A stretch of DNA of 64,000 nucleotides from Myxococcota bacterium (GCA_041440805.1 JASDVF010000036.1:75179-139178), one strand, 5' to 3'. Counted from the stretch's first letter, positions 28,101 to 35,057 are shown. Made by a program: numbers and translations. Notes: generated by a model not told the origin, from the letters alone.

Positions 28101-28690
28101 GCGGGTTCTCGGGCGGCGGCATCACTGCTTTCGAGATGGCGCATCAGCTTCAGGCGGCTGGTGAGACTGTGCAGAGTGTCGTCCTATTGGACTCGATTCT
28201 GCCACAGCTTCCGCCGCTTACCGCGATGGACCGGATTCGTGTGCAGGCTATGCGGCTTAAGCAGCGCGGTGCTGGCTATTTGTGGGAATGGGTACGCAAC
28301 CGCGCGAAGTGGCAGATGGAACAACTCGAGGCGCGCTTTAGTGACGGCTCCGAAGATGTGCGTGCAGAGGATGAGTTCCATGATGTTCAGATCGAGCGAG
28401 CATTCCGAGCGGCGCTGCCGATTTACCCCATGCAGCGCTACGAAGGGCATGTGCATCTCTTTCGACCTAAGCTTGACCGTGCCTATGTACTCGGTCCCGA
28501 TCGTATTCTTAACAGCGACAAACAATGGATCTACGCGGACAACGGTTGGGGACAATGGGTCGAGTCAATCGAGACTTATGAGATGCCCGGTAATCACGAC
28601 AGCATGGTGCTCGAACCGAACGTTCGTGTGATGGCTTCGCGCTTGCGAGAACTGCTCGAAGCGAAGCCAGGCGATGTGAAAGACCGGTAG
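22187..28690 (+). CDS. Type I polyketide synthase, KS-AT-KR-DH-carrier-TE
   Basis: 2167 aa.
- KS: Cys in TACSTS at 22730, plus ECHGTGT and GHLDTAAG.
- AT: GHSMGE with Ser at 24089; second motif is AAHS.
- KR: GTYLITGGLGGLG at 25718, with YSSTS...YAAAN.
- DH: HRTANGEALYPGAGY with His at 26477, plus HPALLDYATGY.
- Carrier: FFDLGGHSL with Ser at 27650.
- TE: GFSGGG, with a distal GNHDS. Confidence 0.9.
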   Translation: MSDEEIGENDIAIVGMALRVPGANSPTEFWDNLQNKRESIVDYDEATMLASGESKEVLRNPAYVSRGGALENMKLFDRDFFGFSPKEAAILDPQHRHFMELSWEALEDAGHTPTNFDGQIGVFAGCGMGSYFYFNVCSNRDLVDSVGMFLLRHTGNDKDFLATRVSYVLDLKGPSVNVQTACSTSLVATHLACQSLLTGECDLALAGGVTIQFPTEVGYVYRDGEILAPDGHCHSFDHRAQGTVLTSGGGVVSLRRLDDAINDGDNIYAVIKGSAVNNDGGNKVGYLAPSVDGQAAAMTEAYTLAEIDPSTIGMIECHGTGTYMGDPIEVAALTQAFRAANEDSDQGDQFCRIGSVKSNIGHLDTAAGVVGLMKAALSLKHHTIPASLNFERPNPEIRFTDSPFVVNDDTYPWAASKTPRRAAVNSLGVGGTNAHVVLEEHASAVTANEDVSRARLLQISAKNKRSLDGACARLKTHLEANPDLSLGDVAWSLRETRENFETRRVLVAKDREQALELLAGLDPRRVFTHSAADIRASIVFMFSGGGSQYPGMGRGLYESEPIFRQHVDRGLELYRERTGFDLRSLVFCDPNRVEQADGPLTDMSRQLPAIFIVEYAMVELWKSRGIEPSLLIGHSMGENAAACIAGVVTFEECLDWLILRGQLFEKTPTGGMIAVSLPADDLVPYLEDSCDLAASNAPGLSVASGGVAEIDALEKRLEEAEIDFQRVSIERAAHSRLLDPILDEFRSFVEKLDLKAPSIPFISNRTGERISDKDAISPEYWVQHLRNEVRFSEGLRTILATPGQILLEVGPGQALCSYARQQTAQGASTNVIPSLRHKADSISDAEYLLSTIGRLWASGADVELDSLYEGETRRRVRLPTYTWDHQSYFIERVEADLTEKDSGLPEHLEDVTDWGFAPTWPVTALDPRQIEVPQTWLIFMDQVGIGRRLKTRLEDAGHSVVSVFVADSYRKRSADEYSLSPELGAEGYSALMRDLAAEGRMPTQIVHLWLTSDVERFRPGSSFFHENLQNGFYSLYFLARALANESLPGDVHLTVVSNGLQSILEGDGPLYPAKATVLGPVEVIPRELPGVTCKSVDITLPLKGQAALRERFLGRRKSVGARPANLDDVTDQLEREVLAASECDIVAHRGGERYARRFEARPLPERTGDSNASLVDEGTYLITGGLGGLGFTLADRLAREVRGAKLVLVGRTALPDPSEWEALERNGGASSRDLGCIRRIRGLEAAGAEVMTLAADVTNFDEMRRGIDAVRERFGKVHGVFHAAGVVADELIQLKTDAAIERVFGPKVHGTQVLASLLEEAGAELLVLYSSTSAITAPPGQVDYAAANSFLDAFAQSRKDHPIRTLAVNWGIWNEVGLAAASLDRNKETHGAEQAYAVQHPLFDTREQDSHGRTAFFKSFSPQRDWVLEEHRTANGEALYPGAGYPELARAALAEYGETGPFEIQDLYFLRPLYVPDGEVRDVRVLLEPNDLGYRFSVRTRHRVEGRPAWMLTAEATLILGEGAPSRTVDLDEIDARCGAQRSHVNPLGHASGQENHVRFGPRWRVLRQVLYGEAEALAYLEVPDEFEGDLEDFQFHPALLDYATGYAMGLIPGYDPNGALWIPVSYGSIKLEAPLEKKISSWVRLRNGDEAGGFASFDIVITSDDGRVLFEAEDFTIKRVEGEVDFSEPVDGNASDIEFEASNQAKGDDDLSPAELHLRRNYEVGIGPEEGTEALMRVLATDSGPQMVVTSINLDYLIRQADTVVAESSNSGARFERPALDSEYEAPRDEIEKTLGALWEDLLGVDGLGIYDNFFDLGGHSLIAVRFFTKIKKAYRVDFPISILFEAPTIEGCAELIRETIGDDSSRAVGASEEDGTAATRRTRFKHLVAMDAGGGAGGPNKPFFLVAGMFGNVLNLRHLAALVGTDRPFYGLQARGLYGDEKPHETFEEMASTYIEEIRQVQPEGPYTIGGFSGGGITAFEMAHQLQAAGETVQSVVLLDSILPQLPPLTAMDRIRVQAMRLKQRGAGYLWEWVRNRAKWQMEQLEARFSDGSEDVRAEDEFHDVQIERAFRAALPIYPMQRYEGHVHLFRPKLDRAYVLGPDRILNSDKQWIYADNGWGQWVESIETYEMPGNHDSMVLEPNVRVMASRLRELLEAKPGDVKDR

Positions 28691-28828
28691 GAGCAGTAGG
28701 GAACTAGAGTAGGTCGCCGAGAGGCGCTGTGAGTACAGACTGATTGAGCGGAGCGATTGCTCTAGTTCGATCGAACTGAAGATGCCGGAGTGGGTGTAAC
28801 CCTCCGACTCGAATTGGGAACGGAGACC

Positions 28829-29965
28829 ATGGGCGAGATTTCGGATGCCCTTGCTAGGGCGCAAGAGGCCGAAAAAACAAAGCGTCCCGTTGAGCCGCGT
28901 GAAACACCGCCGCTCGCCGAGGAACGCGAACGCCCGCATTCCGCTTTGATGCGGGAAGCGGCGGATGCACCTCCAGCATCTCCGCCTCCAGTCTCGAAGA
29001 GATCCGCGCCTCCTTCAGAGGGCTGCGTTTCGACATCTTCATCACCGTCTTCATCATCCCGGTCGTCGACCGCGCGCGCGGATGAGACCGAGAGAACGAA
29101 TGAAGTTGGCCCGTCCGAAGCGGTGGTTGAAGCCGATCCTGTGGTCCCTGCGCCCGGCGTAGCTTCTTCGCTTAGCCACGGATTGGAGCAGGCCGATGAC
29201 CGCACGAAAAAGCGACATCAGATCTCAACGCCCCGTGCCGACGGGTGGATCGGCCGGATCTGCGCGGTTGAGCCTGAGGCCGATGCGTCCGTACGCTTCC
29301 GCCATCTGGCTGTGCGTATGCGTTCGATGTTGGACGGCCGCCGGCAGCCTTCAGTCCTGGTAACGAGCTCGTTTTCTGGGGAAGGCAAGACGACGGTATC
29401 CTGCAATCTCGCGATTGCGCTCGCTTCGATTTCGCCGGAATGCCGGATCGCGCTAGTCGATATGGATCTTCATAGAGGCTGTGTTTCTCGGACGATGAAT
29501 TATTCAGGGCAGGTCGGGATCGAGGACGTGATGCGAGGCGATGCTTCGCTCAGTGACGCGTGCGTCGAAACCGAGATGCCGGCACTCGATTTCTATCCGG
29601 TCTGCAATCCGGTCCAAGATGCGCATGGACTGTTAGGCGGTGCCGCAGGACGGACCTTGGAAAATTTTCACGCGCGTTACGACTACGTGATTTGTGACGG
29701 TCCGCCCGTACTTCCGGTGCCCGACGTGCCTTTGATCGCGCCGCACGTGGGTGGTTGTTTGGTCGTCGCTGCGTCGGGACGCTCACGACATAGAGCCTTC
29801 AGAGAGACACTTAGTCTGATCCCACGTGGGATGACGCTTGGGGTGTTCCTGAACGAGAATCCCGGCGCGCTTCGCTCGCGGAGCTACAAATACTATTCCG
29901 GTTCGCGGCCGGAGGACTCTGATTCCGGCGTCGACGCGGACGGCGTCGAGGAGGCGAATCGATGA
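28829..29965 (+). CDS. Polysaccharide-locus tyrosine autokinase (BY-kinase, EpsG-like)
   Basis: ORF 28790-29965. Preferred ATG is at 28829 (MGEISDALARA). Walker A is SGEGKTT, Walker A' is LVDMDLHRG, Walker B is YVICDGPPV. C-terminal Tyr cluster SYKYYSG. The N-terminal region of about 150 aa is Pro/Ser-rich. Confidence 0.8.
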   Translation: MGEISDALARAQEAEKTKRPVEPRETPPLAEERERPHSALMREAADAPPASPPPVSKRSAPPSEGCVSTSSSPSSSSRSSTARADETERTNEVGPSEAVVEADPVVPAPGVASSLSHGLEQADDRTKKRHQISTPRADGWIGRICAVEPEADASVRFRHLAVRMRSMLDGRRQPSVLVTSSFSGEGKTTVSCNLAIALASISPECRIALVDMDLHRGCVSRTMNYSGQVGIEDVMRGDASLSDACVETEMPALDFYPVCNPVQDAHGLLGGAAGRTLENFHARYDYVICDGPPVLPVPDVPLIAPHVGGCLVVAASGRSRHRAFRETLSLIPRGMTLGVFLNENPGALRSRSYKYYSGSRPEDSDSGVDADGVEEANR

Positions 29966-31419
29966 GTCGGTCGGCCGACTTCGACGACTTCGGGGATAGC
30001 GGCGATGCGGAGGAATCCGGCGCATTGCCCGGATTCGTAACCGATCCCGTCGGTGTCCTTAAGCGACGCTGGATGTGGATGGTGCCAGTTCTGCTGATTG
30101 GCGCTGTGTTGAGTGGCTACTATTTGTATCAGCGGAGTCCCGAGTTCGCGGCGCGTGCGACGATTCTCGTTTCGAGTCAGAAAATCTCGCAGCAGTTCTT
30201 TATTTCGACGATCGAATCCGATCAGCTCGAGAAGGTCAGCGCGATTCTCGGCGAGTTGCTGTCCCGCAAGAACCTCGCGAAACTCGTAGCTCAGCACGAT
30301 CCGTACTCTGTGGTTGGCGACGTCGAAGTCCTTACGCTCGAAGATAAAATCGGAATCATGCGCAGTCGGATCGTGATCGGACCCGACCGCAGGAACGCTG
30401 CGAACTTCGACGAAAACAGTTCCGCAACGGTATTTGAAGTGCGCTTTGCCTCCGGTGATGCGCAGAAGACTGCCGACATCGTGAATGCCCTAGCGACCGG
30501 ATTCACTGATATCCACCTTCGCATGCGGAGTCGGCAAGCGCGCCTAACGACTGATTTCCTTCGAGCCGAGCAAGAGCAGGCTGAAGAAGACCTCTCTCGC
30601 CAAGAGCGCAAAATTACGGAATTCAAGAAGAGGTATCGCGGTGAGCTTCCGAGCGAACTCGCGACGAGTTTGGGTCGGCTCGATCGGTTGCAGAGCCAGA
30701 GGCAGTCCCTCGCTTTGCAGATCGCGGAAACAGAAAGCCGCCTGGCTTCGCTGGCTGCGAGCGGGAATGACGTCGAGCTGGACTCTCCTGAGGCGCTGCT
30801 CCGATCCCTCAGGACCCGGTATAAGTCACAGCGTTCGCTGTATACGGAAGAACATCCGAATCTGGTGGCTATTCGGCGTCAGATAGAGAACCTAAAGGCG
30901 CAGATTGCCGAGGATGGGATCGAGGTTCCGCTTGAGGCGGAGCAGGCGACGACGCTTGCCGGCGCGGCGCGATTTACTCTGACCGAGTTGCGACGACAAC
31001 TCGCCCAGACCGAGACTGAATTCGAAGTTCTCGATCGCCGTGTGGCTCTGGTTCCGGAGCGCCAAGAAGAGTTGGCGGGCCTTGAACAGCGCGCCGAATT
31101 TCTGCGAGAGAATCATAGAGAGCTCCTGCGTAAGGTGGGTCAAGCAGAGCTTGCGCAGGCGGTTGAGTCGGCGCAGCAGGGCGAGCGTGCGACTGTGATC
31201 GACAGAGCAGTGACGCCGATGCGACCCGATTCGTCTCCGCTTAAGATGTTAGTGGTGCTGATTGTCGGAACTTTCGGTGCCGCGATCGCATTGGCGATCC
31301 TGCTTGAGTTGGTTGATCCAGTGATCGTGAGTGCGAGCGAGATCGAGGCGAATTACCGAGTTCCTGTGATCGGGTCGATTCCGCGACTGGATGATACCGG
31401 GAGCGGGCAGCGCGGCTGA
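29962..31419 (+). CDS. Chain-length determinant (Wzz/GumC/EpsF-like)
   Basis: 485 aa. N-terminal TM followed by a Wzz-type segment (FAARATILVSSQ), a long coiled-coil periplasmic region, and a C-terminal TM. The start overlaps the kinase stop by 4 nt. Confidence 0.8.
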   Translation: MSRSADFDDFGDSGDAEESGALPGFVTDPVGVLKRRWMWMVPVLLIGAVLSGYYLYQRSPEFAARATILVSSQKISQQFFISTIESDQLEKVSAILGELLSRKNLAKLVAQHDPYSVVGDVEVLTLEDKIGIMRSRIVIGPDRRNAANFDENSSATVFEVRFASGDAQKTADIVNALATGFTDIHLRMRSRQARLTTDFLRAEQEQAEEDLSRQERKITEFKKRYRGELPSELATSLGRLDRLQSQRQSLALQIAETESRLASLAASGNDVELDSPEALLRSLRTRYKSQRSLYTEEHPNLVAIRRQIENLKAQIAEDGIEVPLEAEQATTLAGAARFTLTELRRQLAQTETEFEVLDRRVALVPERQEELAGLEQRAEFLRENHRELLRKVGQAELAQAVESAQQGERATVIDRAVTPMRPDSSPLKMLVVLIVGTFGAAIALAILLELVDPVIVSASEIEANYRVPVIGSIPRLDDTGSGQRG

Positions 31420-32229
31420 TGGCTGAGGTCGCGAGCGATCCCCTCGCTCCGAAGAGCGAATCACCGCTTTGGCTAGCCGCGATCGCGTTTGGACTGATGG
31501 CCGCTTTCTGGCCGGTCGTGTCCGATCTAGGGCGCCATGTTGTGGTCCATCCATGGGCGCGCGGTGCAATTGTCTTTCCCTTGCTCGTCTGGATAGCGGT
31601 TCGTGCTGAGGCGGCAAAGGCGGGGCCGGAGCGCCGCTGGGTCTTATGGTTGGCTTTGCCGATAGCGTTGGCCATCGAGTTAGTCGCAGTCGCCGGTGAC
31701 GTAGTGCGCCTCGGGCGAGTGGCTCTGGTTCTTGCGGCTGCAGCAAGCCTCTTCGCAACGGGTAGAGCGGGGTTATTGACCCTTGCGCTCACGCTCTGGC
31801 TGATTCCCTTGCCTTCCGCCATTGCAGGAATTCTGAGTCCGAGCCTCGAATCAACATGGGCACAGATCGCCGCATCTCTGATAGTAGGAGTTTCTTTCGC
31901 GGCGGGTCCGGAGGGTCCCATGCTATCGACGGAGGCGGGCGGGCGTGTGTTGCTGGTGCCGGCCGATGGCGGGCTTGGCCTGGTTTCAGGAGCTGATGCG
32001 GAGACTCCCCATGCATAGGCTTATGGGTCGCTCTGTAATGGCCGCGCTCTTTTCGCTCCCAATTCATCTAGGAGTGATTGGGCTCGCTACGATTGTGTTG
32101 TCGTTATCGCCCATGGGTTTGGTCGCGCAAAGGCTCCTCGATCAGGGGCCGTGGCTGATCGTGGTCTTGGCAGGGCTCGTGCTCGCCGTGCGTGATCGCG
32201 TGCCCAATACTGCAGGAGAGACGAGTTGA
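31419..32229 (+). pseudogene. Exosortase (EpsH/Xrt)-like polytopic membrane protein, split over two overlapping frames (31419-32018 and 31945-32229)
   Basis: Sits directly upstream of the EpsI gene and is coupled to it. The N-terminus has an exosortase-like shape (WPVVSDLGRHVVVHPWARGAIVFPLLVWIAVR). Combined length is about 270 aa. The 199-aa ORF contains no Cys. The second frame continues with TM helices. Confidence 0.5.
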
Positions 32230-32897
32230 ACCGACGTGTCGAGTTAGGCGTAGCGATCGGGTTGATGCTCCTCACGGGCATCGCCTCGTGGTGGCTTTTG
32301 CTTCGTCCCATCGTTGAGCATGACGCAGCGGTATTTGATGCTTTGCCCACCGAATTGAACGGATGGCGATCTGTTGATCTCACGATCGATCAGGCCGTCT
32401 CGGATATGTTGGCGGCGGATCACAACGTGCAGCGCGCCTACCTTCATCCCCTTGGCTACCTAATTTTCGTTTACGTAGGCTACTACGGCACCGAACGCGG
32501 AGGGACCCCGGAGCACACTCCTGACATTTGCTATCCGGCACAAGGATGGCAGATCGTAGAGTCAATGATTCAGAGGGCCGGCGGGCAGGGCGGCTTCGAT
32601 CTCCGCGAGTTCGTTGTGGAGCAGGCAGGGGAGCGCCGGCTGGTGCATTACTGGTATCGGACCGGAAGCGAGAGCGGGTTGACCTCTGTGGTTGGACTTA
32701 GACTCCGTCACGTTCTCGATCGCATGACCGAAAAACGGGGGGACGGGGCGCTCGTTCGACTCAGTACGCCGCTTGGCAGCTCAGATATCGCAAGTGCCCG
32801 AACTCGGCTCTTTTCGATGGGTCGCGTCGTTGAAGAAGCGCTTGTGGGTCTCTGGCCTAACGACAGTCAATCTGTCGCCGTATTGTCAGGGCACTGA
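32226..32897 (+). CDS. epsI: EpsI-family exosortase-associated protein
   Basis: 223 aa with a TTG start overlapping the upstream stop (TTGA). N-terminal TM, then LPTELNGW...VYVGYYGTERGG..EHTPDICYPAQGWQI...LVHYWY, which matches the EpsI pattern. Confidence 0.8.
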   Translation: MNRRVELGVAIGLMLLTGIASWWLLLRPIVEHDAAVFDALPTELNGWRSVDLTIDQAVSDMLAADHNVQRAYLHPLGYLIFVYVGYYGTERGGTPEHTPDICYPAQGWQIVESMIQRAGGQGGFDLREFVVEQAGERRLVHYWYRTGSESGLTSVVGLRLRHVLDRMTEKRGDGALVRLSTPLGSSDIASARTRLFSMGRVVEEALVGLWPNDSQSVAVLSGH

Positions 32898-32901
32898 CTC
32901 G

Positions 32902-33579
32902 ATGTCTACAAAGAGCGGGGCGGAGAGCGAATTTTCGAAGCTGACTCACGGCTTCGTCGATCCTGAATTCTGGGTAGAGGCCTCGTCGCTTCGATACGGG
33001 ATTGGGGATCTCGCGCCCGCCGAACGACCTTTAGCAGAGAAGGCAATCGCCTCGCGACAGCGCGAATTCGCGACGGGCCGCGTGCTCGCACACCGTTTGC
33101 TCGATCAAGCGGGGCACGAGGCCTCAGCGTTGTTGCGAGACGAGGACCGCGTGCCCGAGTGGCCGTCTGGGATCGTAGGATCGATCACGCATTGCGATTC
33201 TCTTTGCGTGGTGGCAGTAGGGAGCAACGAGACCCATGCTGGGGTAGGGCTCGATGTTGAGCCGGATGAGCCGGTCTCTTCGGGTGTCGAACGCGTGGTG
33301 TGTCGGCCTGAGGAAGGCCCGTGGCTCGATGGCGCGTCCGATGATGAGGACCGCGCTCGACGGGTTCGACTCATCTTCAGCGTGAAAGAAGCGACCTACA
33401 AGGCATTCTATCCCGAGCTTCGAACGTTCTGGAGTTTTCAGGACGTTCATGTCGCAGTCGACGAATCAGCCGAGCGATTTATTGCCCATTTGCCGGACGG
33501 GCCAGACGTGCGCGAAATTGAGGGTCGCGTACTGCGGCGGCGTGGCTGGATTCTCTCAAGCGTTTGCCGCCGAAGGTAG
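32902..33579 (+). CDS. 4'-phosphopantetheinyl transferase (EntD/Sfp type)
   Basis: ORF 32773-33579. The ATG at 32902 lies 4 nt after the EpsI stop. Motifs are REFATGR, GSITHCDSLCVVAV, GLDVEP and FSVKEATYKAF. Confidence 0.85.
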   Translation: MSTKSGAESEFSKLTHGFVDPEFWVEASSLRYGIGDLAPAERPLAEKAIASRQREFATGRVLAHRLLDQAGHEASALLRDEDRVPEWPSGIVGSITHCDSLCVVAVGSNETHAGVGLDVEPDEPVSSGVERVVCRPEEGPWLDGASDDEDRARRVRLIFSVKEATYKAFYPELRTFWSFQDVHVAVDESAERFIAHLPDGPDVREIEGRVLRRRGWILSSVCRRR

Positions 33580-33638
33580 CCGGCACGAATCAGCCGACTC
33601 GAATTCGCTCGTTAGGTATTGGGACTAGTTGAGACGTG

Positions 33639-35057
33639 TTAAGCCGTGCGTCCCAGGCGTAGTGCCGTGTCCCGGGTCAGATCCGGAAGCGCGAGCCCCG
33701 AGGAACACGCAGTTGCGCAGGGCTCGCCTGAACAACCAAGGCAAGCGCTTGCGTCGGTATCGAGTCCTGCGTATTCGCGCGCAGCAATGGTCGGCTGGCC
33801 GTAGTCGAGATCGTACATACGCATTCGCATGACGTCGGCGATCGGGACACTGGCCGGGCAAGAATCGAGACAGTCCCCACAGCCGATCAAACAGCTCGTT
33901 CCCGCATTGATTGCCGCATAACGAGCGAGAAGGGCGAGGTCTTGGCCGTCGGGAGCGCCGCTGCCTGAAGCCGCAACGTACTCGTCGATCATTTCGGGAC
34001 TCGTCATGGTCACGACCAATCCGTCGACCGAAGGCTCGGATAGAACCCATCGAAACGCCGATTGCGCGAAGGTTCGACCGGGGCCTTCGAAGGGGCGCAT
34101 GTCGTTCATACGAGCGCCCTTGAGTGTCTTCATGGCCATTACGCCAACACCTTGGCCATGCGCGCGCTCGAGGATTTCTGGCAGACGCTGATTGCTAGAA
34201 ACGATATCGAGGGACGGCACCCATTCGTTCAGGTACTGCTTAACACTGTCTTTGAAGCTTGGCTGTTGGGCGAAGCTGTATGCGACGAGGACGACATCGA
34301 CGAGATCGTGATCCAGCACGTATTCGAGGCAGTCGCCCAGTCGAGCCGCATGGCCAGACATGCCGACGTTGCGGATTTTGCCCTGCTGCTTAGCCTTGTC
34401 CGTGAAGCGCTGCCATTCTTCGCTGGCGACCCGCGCGACATCGTTGACGGCGTGATTCATATAGAGATCGATGTAGTCGGTCTGGAGCGCGCGGAGGCTG
34501 CGCTCAAGAATGCGCATCTGATGATCTGCGTCGTGCTCGGGAGTGGCCCAGAACTTGGAGGTGATCGTGGCTTTGTCGCGCTGCCCGCGGAGGGCATTGC
34601 CGATCACTTTTTCGGCGCGGCCTTCGTTGTAGCCCTCGGCCGTATCGAAGTGTGTGATCCCCTGGTCGAACGCGTAACGAACGAGGTCCTCTTCGTGTTC
34701 GTGCTCAAGCGCGAAGGACCCAAAGCTGATGTCGGGGACCTCGAGGCCGGATTTTCCGAGGACGACGCGACGCTGAATTCCGGAGCCCGAAGACTGACTG
34801 GTAGCCGCGGTTTGGGTCGTGTTCTGAATGAACTGCGAGGAGGAGGCCGTGGGGCGCGAGGATTCAGATTCCCCGTCGCCGCATCCTGTTGCGAGGGAGA
34901 CGCTCGTGACGCCGGCGGCAAGCCCGCCTAAGGCGCTCGTTCGGAGGAAGGATCGACGCGTGAGTTCGTTCGCGGGGATGTCTATCGCGCGATTGGTCCG
35001 CACCGTGACGGTCTTCGGTTCGGCCGGTTTTTTGTTAGGCCCAGGTCGATCGGTCAT
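33639..35057 (-). CDS. Aldo/keto reductase with TAT signal and a C-terminal Cys-rich (4Fe-4S-like) extension
   Basis: ORF runs to 35183; preferred start is MTDRPG at 35057. Twin-arginine motif TRRSFLRTSALGG. AKR core GITHFDTAEGYNEGRAEKVIG. C-terminal CLIGCGDCLDSCP and CLGCSGEPCATAC. Confidence 0.8.
   Translation of the reverse strand: MTDRPGPNKKPAEPKTVTVRTNRAIDIPANELTRRSFLRTSALGGLAAGVTSVSLATGCGDGESESSRPTASSSQFIQNTTQTAATSQSSGSGIQRRVVLGKSGLEVPDISFGSFALEHEHEEDLVRYAFDQGITHFDTAEGYNEGRAEKVIGNALRGQRDKATITSKFWATPEHDADHQMRILERSLRALQTDYIDLYMNHAVNDVARVASEEWQRFTDKAKQQGKIRNVGMSGHAARLGDCLEYVLDHDLVDVVLVAYSFAQQPSFKDSVKQYLNEWVPSLDIVSSNQRLPEILERAHGQGVGVMAMKTLKGARMNDMRPFEGPGRTFAQSAFRWVLSEPSVDGLVVTMTSPEMIDEYVAASGSGAPDGQDLALLARYAAINAGTSCLIGCGDCLDSCPASVPIADVMRMRMYDLDYGQPTIAAREYAGLDTDASACLGCSGEPCATACSSGLALPDLTRDTALRLGRTA

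Noticed and set aside
28764-28777. Perfect 14-bp palindrome AGTTCGATCGAACT between the PKS and the kinase
   Set aside because: A perfect 7+7 palindrome is expected roughly four times by chance in 64 kb. There is no second copy and no adjacent regulator gene, so it is not claimed as an operator.
31946-31996. Third forward frame in the exosortase overlap (…RACVAGAGRW…) as the missing Cys motif
   Set aside because: It is only 24 codons before a stop. C-V-A-G does not match the C-S-G context with flanking hydrophobic helix residues. It cannot be joined to the other frames without two shifts.
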